Source: an uncultured Acidimicrobiales bacterium
Lineage (GTDB): Bacteria > Actinomycetota > Acidimicrobiia > Acidimicrobiales > SZUA-35
Assembly: GCA_963717115.1 (NCBI GenBank)
Contig: CAVQVO010000009.1
Location: 38,788-102,787 of the forward strand
Direction: 5' to 3'
DNA: 64,000 nt
The notes beneath the pieces are model-generated. The model did not search any database. It saw only the letters and a list, made by a program, of their open reading frames with translations, and had not been told where the DNA came from. The position numbers were made by a program, and so were the translations under genes. Below are positions 56,941 to 64,000 of this stretch, piece by piece (the stretch's first letter is position 1; each line of letters opens with the position of its first letter).

Positions 56941-57765
56941 TCAGGTCCGGGTGGCCCACAGGGCGAACGACTGCGGCACCTGGTGGCGGAGCTCGCCCGG
57001 CAGGTACCAACGCCCGTCCTCGAGCACGGCCGACGGCACGAACGCCCAATCCAGCTCGTCGAACTCCTCCATCCGGGTGATCGTCATCCCCGCCCCGACG
57101 AGCGAGTTGACGATCTCGGAGATCGGGTGGTTCCACTCGTGATGGCGGGTGTTGGTGATCGCGCCATGGTCACCGTCGGTGTAGGTCTCCGACGTGTCCC
57201 ACGTCAGGGGGCCGGCCGGCGGGGTACGGAAAGCGTGGTGCGGAACGATCGCCCCGTCGATCTCCTCGAACGTCCACAGGTTCGGGTGCATGTCCCGGAG
57301 GAAGAACCGACCACCCGGTTCGAGCAGGCCGGCGACCGCCGCGGCCCACCGATCGAGGTCGGCGAGCCAGTTGATGGCACCGACGCTGGTGTAGACGAGA
57401 TCGACGGTCCGTCCGATGACCGCGGCGGCGTCGTAGACGGCGCCGTTGACGAAGGTCGCATCGGCCCCGGTGGCCGAGGCCAGCGATCGGGCGGTCTCGA
57501 TCGCCCGCTCCGAGAAGTCGAGTCCGACGACCCGGGCCCCCAAACGCGCCAGCGACACCGAGTCGGTTCCGATGTGGCACTGGAGATGGGCGACGGCCAG
57601 ACCGTCGATCGAACCGATCAGCGGGGCGTCGAACGTGATCACGTCGCTCAGGTGGGCGGGGTCGGCGACGTACCGGGCGAGGTCGTAGGCCGCCGACTGG
57701 GCATGGACACCGGCGCGGTCGTTCCAGTTCGCCAGGTTGTCCTGTTGGTGGGGGTCGAGATCCAT
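56941..57765 (-). CDS. Class I SAM-dependent methyltransferase
   Basis: HLQCHIGTD, GLDFS, DLVYTS, GGRFFL. Confidence 0.9.
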   Translation of the reverse strand: MDLDPHQQDNLANWNDRAGVHAQSAAYDLARYVADPAHLSDVITFDAPLIGSIDGLAVAHLQCHIGTDSVSLARLGARVVGLDFSERAIETARSLASATGADATFVNGAVYDAAAVIGRTVDLVYTSVGAINWLADLDRWAAAVAGLLEPGGRFFLRDMHPNLWTFEEIDGAIVPHHAFRTPPAGPLTWDTSETYTDGDHGAITNTRHHEWNHPISEIVNSLVGAGMTITRMEEFDELDWAFVPSAVLEDGRWYLPGELRHQVPQSFALWATRT

Positions 57766-57803
57766 GCCGAGACCGTCTCGAGGTTGGCGAGCCGCGGTCG
57801 GGC

Positions 57804-58193
57804 TCAGACCCGCGGCCGGCGGCGACGGGTCGTGACGCGGTGTTGGACGCGCCATCCCTGCTCGGTCTTGACGACCCGGTCGTAGTAGGACGCCGTGCCG
57901 ACCAGACCCTTCGGCTGCAGCGCCAGGATCCGGAAGTTCATGGTCACGCCGACCTCGGTCTCGTCGACGTAGATGTTGGTCATGGTGTGGGTGCGGGGAT
58001 GCTGGGCATCACGATCCATGAACACTCTGATGGCCTCGAGCCCCTCGAGCAGCGGGACGCCGAGGTCGGTCAGATCGAAGACGGCGTCGTCGGTGAAGAT
58101 GGTGTCGAGACGATCCCAGTCGCGGTCGTCGATGGCGTCGCCGTAGCGGCCGGGGAGTTCGTGGAGTTCGAGACGGTCGGCGGGTTCGAGCAT
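57804..58193 (-). CDS. SnoaL/NTF2-like protein
   Basis: YGDAIDDRDW, FTDDA, HTMTN, YYDRVVKTEQGWR. Confidence 0.87.
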   Translation of the reverse strand: MLEPADRLELHELPGRYGDAIDDRDWDRLDTIFTDDAVFDLTDLGVPLLEGLEAIRVFMDRDAQHPRTHTMTNIYVDETEVGVTMNFRILALQPKGLVGTASYYDRVVKTEQGWRVQHRVTTRRRRPRV

Positions 58194-58196
58194 GGG

Positions 58197-58436
58197 TCAG
58201 TCCTGGGTCGGTGGGTCGGTTGCGGGAGCGGCGCTCCTGGCCACGAGCGCGACGCCGGCGTTGGTGGCGACGAAGACGACGAACACGACGACCTTCACGA
58301 CGAGCGACTCGGCGGCAACGATGCCGGCGAGGAACACCATGAAGATGACGATGTTCAGCATCCGGAGCCGCTTCGACAGGACGAGCCGGTCCTGCGATGG
58401 ATCGAGTCCGAGGAGCCGCTGGAACGTTTGGAGCAC
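58197..58436 (-). CDS. Small two-TM membrane protein
   Basis: Two hydrophobic segments; 3-nt gap to the SnoaL gene. Confidence 0.6.
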   Translation of the reverse strand: MLQTFQRLLGLDPSQDRLVLSKRLRMLNIVIFMVFLAGIVAAESLVVKVVVFVVFVATNAGVALVARSAAPATDPPTQD

Positions 58437-58537
58437 CGACGCAGTCTCACACGTCGCGCCCCGGCGCGTGAACCGAGAACGGAACGCGACGACGGGCCAT
58501 GCTGGAAATGCGCCTCCAACCGTGCGACGCTCGGGGC

Positions 58538-58765
58538 GTGACCGACCCCGAGGGATTCCGCCATCAGGCCCGCAAGAACGGTGACGTCGTCATCTTCCAC
58601 CACGGGAAGGCCGCAGGCGTGCTGCGGGGTGCGGTCGCATCCTCGTTCCTGACCGACCTCGCCCAGCCCGACGTCGACGGCCAGGCGCTGATGGCCCGAG
58701 CCACGGGGAACGACCGGCGGGGCAACGAACGGGTGGCGGCCAGCCACCCCCGCAATCGGCGATGA
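58538..58765 (+). CDS. Small hypothetical protein (75 aa)
   Basis: KNGDVVIFHHG...LRG...Q.LMARATGN..RGNER resembles a small uncharacterised family (from memory, not searched). Confidence 0.7.
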   Translation: MTDPEGFRHQARKNGDVVIFHHGKAAGVLRGAVASSFLTDLAQPDVDGQALMARATGNDRRGNERVAASHPRNRR

Positions 58766-58820
58766 CGACCTCGGGCGCTCTCCGGCCCTGCTGCGGGGTG
58801 CCGATGCCGACCCGGGCGAC

Positions 58821-59351
58821 ATGACGACGGCGTCGATCGCCGAGCTCCTCGTCGAGTACGACCGGGCCCTGGCCCACACCGACTCGCTGTGGCGCGACCT
58901 CACGGTCGAGGAGGTCCACTGGCGAGCCGGCGAGCAGGCCAGCGCCATCGGGTGGCATCTCGGCCATCAGGCCGCCGTCGCCCATTTCCTCGTGCGCAAC
59001 CTGACCGCGGCCGAAGCGCTGATCGATCCCGAACTCGACGCCCTCATGGACTCCGCGACGCCCGAGCCCGACCGCGGCGCGCTGCCGGACCTGGCCCGTT
59101 TGGCCGGCTATCGACAGATCGTGGCCGAGCGGGTGCACCGGCGGATCGGCGACATCGACGCCGGTCGGGTCGGCGCTCCCGACCAGCTCCGGGTCGTCGC
59201 GACGACCCTGCTCGTCGCCGTGATCAATCACGAATACCAGCACAGCACGTGGATCGGCGAGGTCCGTTCCGACGCCCTCGGACGACCGCTGCCGCCGGCA
59301 CCGGTGTCGGATCGGCTGACCGAGATCGACGGCTACCTCGTCGTTTCCTGA
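58821..59351 (+). CDS. DinB-family protein
   Basis: SAIGWHLGH and NHEYQH provide the three-His metal site. Confidence 0.85.
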   Translation: MTTASIAELLVEYDRALAHTDSLWRDLTVEEVHWRAGEQASAIGWHLGHQAAVAHFLVRNLTAAEALIDPELDALMDSATPEPDRGALPDLARLAGYRQIVAERVHRRIGDIDAGRVGAPDQLRVVATTLLVAVINHEYQHSTWIGEVRSDALGRPLPPAPVSDRLTEIDGYLVVS

Positions 59352-59382
59352 CATCGGGGCGAGCGCCCTACGCTGACCGACC

Positions 59383-60315
59383 ATGACCGCTGCTGCCAGC
59401 CCGTTCGTTTCCGAGACCTTCGATGCCGAGCAGTGGGAAGTCGTCCCGGGGTTCGAGTTCACCGACATCACCTACCACCGGGCCCGCCATGTTCCCGCCG
59501 TCCGCGTGGCGTTCGACCGGCCCGAGATCCGAAACGCCTTTCGTCCCCACACCGTCGACGAGCTCTACCGGGCGCTCGACCACGCTCGGATGTCGAGCGA
59601 CATCGGCTGTGTGCTCCTCACGGGCAACGGACCGTCACCGAAGGACGGCGGCTGGGCGTTCTGCTCGGGCGGCGATCAACGCATCCGCGGTCGCGACGGC
59701 TACAAGTACGCCGCCGACGGGACCACCAGCGAGACCGCCGAGGCCATCGACGCGGGCCGGGCCGGTCGGCTGCACATCCTCGAGGTGCAACGTCTGATCC
59801 GGATGATGCCCAAGGTGGTGATCTGCGTGGTCCCCGGTTGGGCGGCCGGCGGTGGGCACAGCCTGCACGTCGTGTGCGACCTGACCATCGCCAGTCGGGA
59901 GCACGCCCGCTTCAAGCAGACCGACACCGACGTGGCCAGCTTCGACGGAGGGTTCGGTTCGGCACTCCTGGCCCGACAGGTGGGCCAGAAGTTCGCCCGC
60001 GAGATCTTCTTCCTCGGCAGGACCTACACCGCCGACGAGGCCCACCGGCAGGGTGTGGTGAACGCCGTGGTCGACCACGCCGACCTCGAGACCGAGGCGC
60101 TGGCGTGGGCCGCCGAGATCTGCCGCAAGTCCCCGACCGCCCAACGCATGGCCAAGTACGCGCTCAACATGGTCGACGACGGCATGGTCGGCCAGCAGGT
60201 GTTCGCCGGCGAGGCGACCCGCCTGGCCTACATGACCGACGAAGCCCAGGAGGGTCGGGACGCCTTCCTCGAAAAGCGCGACCCCGACTGGTCGCCGTTC
60301 CCGTACTACTTCTGA
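59383..60315 (+). CDS. menB: 1,4-Dihydroxy-2-naphthoyl-CoA synthase
   Basis: RNAFRP, FCSGGDQR, GGGHSLHVVCD, SFDGGFG, EGRDAFLEKR. Confidence 0.96.
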   Translation: MTAAASPFVSETFDAEQWEVVPGFEFTDITYHRARHVPAVRVAFDRPEIRNAFRPHTVDELYRALDHARMSSDIGCVLLTGNGPSPKDGGWAFCSGGDQRIRGRDGYKYAADGTTSETAEAIDAGRAGRLHILEVQRLIRMMPKVVICVVPGWAAGGGHSLHVVCDLTIASREHARFKQTDTDVASFDGGFGSALLARQVGQKFAREIFFLGRTYTADEAHRQGVVNAVVDHADLETEALAWAAEICRKSPTAQRMAKYALNMVDDGMVGQQVFAGEATRLAYMTDEAQEGRDAFLEKRDPDWSPFPYYF

Positions 60316-60334
60316 GGCCCGTTCGTGGCGACGA

Positions 60335-60940
60335 TCACGAGGGCCGGACGTCGGGGAGCCGAGATCCGTGCCCGATCAGTCGCCATGGCCGGGCGACGAG
60401 CACGAAGACGACCAGCGCCACCAGGAGCGGCCCGAACCCGGGTGCCATCGACACGGCGAGCCCGCCACCCGTCGGCGACGGATCGACGGTGACCTCGGAT
60501 CCGACGAAGGGGAACAGCCCCGACGACACCGGGGTCGTGACACCGCTGTCGAGAACCCCCTCGGCGTAGACCAACGCCATCAGCATGAACACCAGGGCGA
60601 GCGTGGCGAACGTGGACAGCCCGGCCCACCAACCGGCGAGCCAGCGGGGTCGGCTCACGTCGTCGACGACGGCCTCACGAGCCATCGTTCGCAGACTTCC
60701 GACCCGACGGATGGCGGTGGTGGCCCCGACCGACGAGGCCGCCTCGGCCAGATTGGCCCGCAGCTCCGATCGCAGGGACCGTCGCCGCCGCGCCGGGACC
60801 GAGTTCAGGTCGAGCCAGAAGTCGTAGCGGAGCGACGCCCCCCACACCCGGGCCCGGTCGACGATCGAGGTCTTCCCGGGGTGACGATTGGCGAGGACGT
60901 CCTCGACGCCGTCGTCGGTCGTGATCGATCGTTCGTTCAT
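60335..60940 (-). CDS. PadR-associated membrane protein (HAAS-like N-terminus)
   Basis: ATGA-coupled to padR; ELRANL helical domain followed by TM segments. Confidence 0.72.
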   Translation of the reverse strand: MNERSITTDDGVEDVLANRHPGKTSIVDRARVWGASLRYDFWLDLNSVPARRRRSLRSELRANLAEAASSVGATTAIRRVGSLRTMAREAVVDDVSRPRWLAGWWAGLSTFATLALVFMLMALVYAEGVLDSGVTTPVSSGLFPFVGSEVTVDPSPTGGGLAVSMAPGFGPLLVALVVFVLVARPWRLIGHGSRLPDVRPS

Positions 60941-61335
60941 GACGACACCTCCTGGCTCGTTCGGCCGGGGGCCGAGGGTTCCGACGGGGTTTCGAGGACC
61001 GTCGGAACGACGTCCACCCCCAGCACCCGATCGACGTTCGATCGGAGTTCTTGCCACGACTCGGTCGTCCGAGCGAGTTCGAGCTCGCCCTGGGCGGTGG
61101 GTCGGTAGTACTTGCGGGCCGGACCGGAGTCCGACGGCACGAGCCTCGAGCGGAGCAGACCCTTGCCCTCGAGCCGGGTGAGCGCCGGGTACACGGTGCC
61201 CTCGGCGAGGTCGTCGAAGCCGAGCGCCTGGAGCCGAGTGACGACGGAGTAGCCGTAGTCCTCGTGCTCGGCGAGGACCCGCAGCAGCAACATCGAGAGG
61301 ATTCCCTTCAAGACCTGGGTGTCGTGGTTCGCCAC
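60937..61335 (-). CDS. PadR-family transcriptional regulator
   Basis: QVLKG, YGY, EGTVYPALTRLE, GPARKYY. Confidence 0.93.
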   Translation of the reverse strand: MANHDTQVLKGILSMLLLRVLAEHEDYGYSVVTRLQALGFDDLAEGTVYPALTRLEGKGLLRSRLVPSDSGPARKYYRPTAQGELELARTTESWQELRSNVDRVLGVDVVPTVLETPSEPSAPGRTSQEVSS

Positions 61336-61341
61336 TCACTC

Positions 61342-61374
61342 AACGTATGCCCAGTACTATGTATTGTCAAGTAC
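61342..61374 (-). promoter_or_regulatory. Sigma70-type leaderless promoter of padR with an overlapping palindromic operator
   Basis: TTGACA (61370-61365), 17-nt spacer, TACGTT (61347-61342), 6 nt, GTG; GTACT-N11-AGTAC palindrome spans the -35. Confidence 0.8.
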
Positions 61375-61446
61375 CTTGCCGTCCCCGGTACCGCCCACCC
61401 GCCACCGCCCGCACGGCCCAGCCCCGCCGACACCGCCGCCGCCGCA

Positions 61447-61578
61447 CCACCGCCCGCCGAACCGTGGCGCCACCGTCCGTTCCCGCACTTTCGTGGGGCC
61501 TCCGTACGCCGCGCCGTACGAAGCCTCCGCGGTTGCCCGGAAAACGACGGAGGCTCCACGGTTGCGAACGGGCGATGG
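61447..61578. repeat. Nested inverted-repeat (long hairpin) intergenic element, copy 2
   Basis: AACCGTGGCGCCACCGTC / GACGGAGGCTCCACGGTT arms; shares CCGTCCGTTCCCG and GCCTCCGTACG with 16021-16141. Confidence 0.8.
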
Positions 61579-61588
61579 AGGAGTCCGA

Positions 61589-61655
61589 GGGTGCACGGGT
61601 CCAGGGTGCACGGGTCCAGGGTGCACGGGTCCAGGTGCACGGGTCAGGGTGCACC
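61589..61655. repeat. 15-bp tandem repeat GGGTGCACGGGTCCA (3 perfect copies plus 2 degenerate)
   Basis: Perfect copies at 61589, 61604 and 61619. Confidence 0.9.
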
Positions 61656-61688
61656 GGTTGGGGTCCGCTGGTCGGAGTGATGGCGGGG

Positions 61689-62924
61689 TCAGGGTCGAAC
61701 GAGGGCGGAGAGCATCGCCTGGAACTTCGAACGGGTCTCGGCCAGTTCGGCGGCGGGGTCGGAGTCGGCGACCACACCGACCCCGGCGCAGAAACGGGCC
61801 TCGGCCCCGCGCACCTCGGCCGAGCGAAGGGCAACGGCGAACGCCCCGTTGCCGGCGGCGTCGACCCATCCGGCCGGTCCGGCGTACCGACCACGCTCGA
61901 GCCCTTCGAGCTCGGCGATCAGCTCCAGCGCCCGTCCCTGTGGGTTGCCCCCGACCGCCGGCGTCGGATGGAGGGCCGACACCAGTTCGAGCACCGAAGC
62001 CGCCGGGGACGACAGGCGCCCTTCGACCCGGGTTCCGAGATGGTGCACGTTGGCGAGCGTGACGATCGACGGCTCCGGCTCGGCATCGACGTAGCTGCAG
62101 TAGGTGAGCAGGGTGTCGAGCAGCCAGTCGATGGTGATGCGGTGTTCCCACCGGTTCTTGTCCGAAGCGAGCAGACCGGCGGCGAGGCGGGCATCGGCCT
62201 CGGGGTCCGACGAACGCGGCGCCGTGCCGGCCAAGGGGTGGGCCCGCACGATGTCGTCGCTCCGACCGACGAGCAGCTCGGGCGAGGCACCGAGGAACCC
62301 ATCGATCGAGAACAGGATCGCCGAGCGGAACGACTGTCGGAGCCGATCGAGCACCGCCGGCACGTCGATCGGTCGATCGGCGGTGAACCGCAACTCGCGG
62401 GCCATCACGACCTTCTCGACCTCTCCGTCTCGGATGCGTTCGACCGCCCGTCCGACGACGTCGTCACGCCAGGCCTCGGGCGCCATCGACGAGGTCAGCG
62501 TCATCGACTGGGCCTGCGGGCCCGACGAGCCGCGGTCGGCCTCGGCCACCACCTCGTCGATCTCGGCGCGGGCCGCCTCGTCGGACAGACCGGCCGGGGT
62601 GGTGATCCAGCGCCTCCCCTCCGGTCCCCGACCGAGGACGATGCGGGGCACGATGAGCTCGCCAGGGGTCGTGCGGTCGAACGGGAACGCCCCGAAGGCC
62701 ACCGGACCCGAGCCCGACACCCCGACCAGATCCTCACCGGCCATCGCCGCCAGGGCACGCTGGGCATCCGCTCCGCCACCCGGGCGCACGACCGGGATCC
62801 GGCATCGTTCACCGATCCCGGCCAGAGCGAAGTCGCCGTGGGCGTAGAGCAGTCCGGTCCGCGCCCCGATCGCGACCGGGTCGAGATCGTTGGAGAATCG
62901 GCGGCTCGTCATCGGCTCGGTCAC
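61689..62924 (-). CDS. menF: Isochorismate synthase
   Basis: KVVMAR, GASPELL, LAGT, KNRWEH, LHPTPAVGG, RGRYAG, AGVGVV. Confidence 0.9.
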   Translation of the reverse strand: MTEPMTSRRFSNDLDPVAIGARTGLLYAHGDFALAGIGERCRIPVVRPGGGADAQRALAAMAGEDLVGVSGSGPVAFGAFPFDRTTPGELIVPRIVLGRGPEGRRWITTPAGLSDEAARAEIDEVVAEADRGSSGPQAQSMTLTSSMAPEAWRDDVVGRAVERIRDGEVEKVVMARELRFTADRPIDVPAVLDRLRQSFRSAILFSIDGFLGASPELLVGRSDDIVRAHPLAGTAPRSSDPEADARLAAGLLASDKNRWEHRITIDWLLDTLLTYCSYVDAEPEPSIVTLANVHHLGTRVEGRLSSPAASVLELVSALHPTPAVGGNPQGRALELIAELEGLERGRYAGPAGWVDAAGNGAFAVALRSAEVRGAEARFCAGVGVVADSDPAAELAETRSKFQAMLSALVRP

Positions 62925-62957
62925 GTCTTGGAGCGTAGAACGGGCAGACTGGCATCC

Positions 62958-63410
62958 GTGGATCGAACGATCAGCACCATCGCCCCTGCCACGCCCCATC
63001 GGGTCCATCAGATCGTGGCCGACCTCGACACCTACCAGCACTGGTTGGCCCTGGTCCACCGGGTCGAGCCGGCACCCGCCGCCGACGACGACGGCGGACC
63101 GGCCTGGTGGGTCACCCTCCGGGCCAAGGTCGGCCCCTTCGCCCGTACCAAACGGCTCCGGATGGTCCGGGTCGCCATCGACCCACCCGACTCGGTGCGC
63201 TTCGAACGCCGCGAGACCGATGGTCGCGATCATTCGGCGTGGATCATGGCCGCCTCGGTGAGCCCGACCAGCCACGACAGCGAGAGCGACGTCGAGGTCA
63301 CCCTTCGCTACGACGGCCAGCTCTGGAACGGCGCCCTCGACAGCGTGCTCGGCGGCGCCATCGACAGCGCGGTACGGGGCCTGAGCGACTACGTCGCCCG
63401 GCACGCCTGA
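62958..63410 (+). CDS. SRPBCC (START-like) family protein
   Basis: VADLDTYQHW, LRAKVGPFARTKRLRM, RFER. Confidence 0.8.
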   Translation: MDRTISTIAPATPHRVHQIVADLDTYQHWLALVHRVEPAPAADDDGGPAWWVTLRAKVGPFARTKRLRMVRVAIDPPDSVRFERRETDGRDHSAWIMAASVSPTSHDSESDVEVTLRYDGQLWNGALDSVLGGAIDSAVRGLSDYVARHA

Positions 63411-63483
63411 CCTCGACCGGCACTCGCACCCGACGCCGCCCCGGTCCTCGGCGCAGGGCCGACCCGACCGCGAAACCGGCGGG

Positions 63484-64000
63484 TCAGCCGGCCCCGACGA
63501 AGCTGGGCTGACCCGTGGCCTGGCGGACCCGCTGCCACTCGGCGCCGGCCGGATCGAGCCGGCGCCGACGGTCGGTGCTCACCTCGATGGGGACGATCGT
63601 GAACTGCCCACTCCAGTGCCCGATCACCACGTCGGTGAAGCCGGCCATGGCTGCGTGCGCAGCGTGCTGGCCGAGCGCGAGGCAGAACTCGCCGTCGGTG
63701 GCATTGGCCGCACCGCCCCGCACCAGGTAGCTCGGGTCGATGTACTTGACGGTGGCGTCGAGTCCGCGGCAATGCTCGGCGATCCGATCGCGGAGATGGG
63801 CGCCGATGTCGCCCAGCTTGGCGTTCCCCGAGGCGTCGGTGCCGGCCCGGCGGACGTAGTCCTGACCGGCCCCCTCGGCCACCACGATCACGCAGTGATG
63901 CCGGTCGGCCAGACGTCGATCGACGTAGGCCAGGAGTCCCTGATCGCCTTCGAGGTCGAACTCGACCTCGGGAACGAGGCAGATGTTGACGTCGGGGTTC
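63484..64000 (-). CDS. pfkA: 6-Phosphofructokinase (group X-like), C-terminal part
   Basis: CLVPE, VVAEGAGQ, DASGN, KYIDPSY; 5' end is outside the window. Confidence 0.88.
   Translation of the reverse strand, partial: NPDVNICLVPEVEFDLEGDQGLLAYVDRRLADRHHCVIVVAEGAGQDYVRRAGTDASGNAKLGDIGAHLRDRIAEHCRGLDATVKYIDPSYLVRGGAANATDGEFCLALGQHAAHAAMAGFTDVVIGHWSGQFTIVPIEVSTDRRRRLDPAGAEWQRVRQATGQPSFVGAG

Noticed and set aside
61589-61655. Tandem 15-mers as a CRISPR array or a repeat peptide gene
   Set aside because: The units are contiguous with no spacers, and the overlapping ORFs lack credible starts and coding character.
1-64000. Mobile elements, prophage, defence systems, rRNA or tRNA (including tRNA-Sec near selD)
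   Set aside because: I recognised no transposase, integrase, phage or nuclease genes, no compositional island, and no tRNA cloverleaf in the intergenic gaps.

Overview
A very GC-rich window of housekeeping chromosome, most consistent with an actinobacterium (probably Acidimicrobiia; inferred from gene content). In order it holds: the 3' end of a carotenoid oxygenase; putA with a divergent PAS-AraC regulator; a TPP-riboswitch-controlled thiamine ABC operon; ybaK, cysS, an insertion-rich valS and serB; a selD carrying an in-frame UGA (selenocysteine) that the ORF track splits; an ada/alkA-ogt-AKR-LacI-SDR-LOG run; a mosaic-looking purine operon (purL-Q-E-K-C-F-[D+M]-N-guaB); a DUF4214 L,D-transpeptidase; ktrBA; metY; a cobalamin-riboswitch-controlled corrinoid uptake and salvage operon (btuFCD-cobO-[cobU+cobT]-cobS); scattered menaquinone genes (menC, H, D, B, F); a PadR pair; and the 3' end of pfk. 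I see no IS, prophage, CRISPR, rRNA or tRNA. Nine frameshifts (5 in putA, 2 in thiQ, 1 each in selD and purK) can each be repaired by deleting one base from a short run, which points to long-read consensus errors and also casts doubt on the two apparent gene fusions. The most notable signals are the Sec-SelD with a candidate SECIS hairpin, coupled to a thioesterase; a two-copy nested-palindrome intergenic element; doubly overlapping micro-ORFs at gene junctions; many candidate leaderless promoters; and apparently foreign valS and pur modules. I cannot support a fully new multi-gene system. All family assignments come from motif recognition, not database searches.
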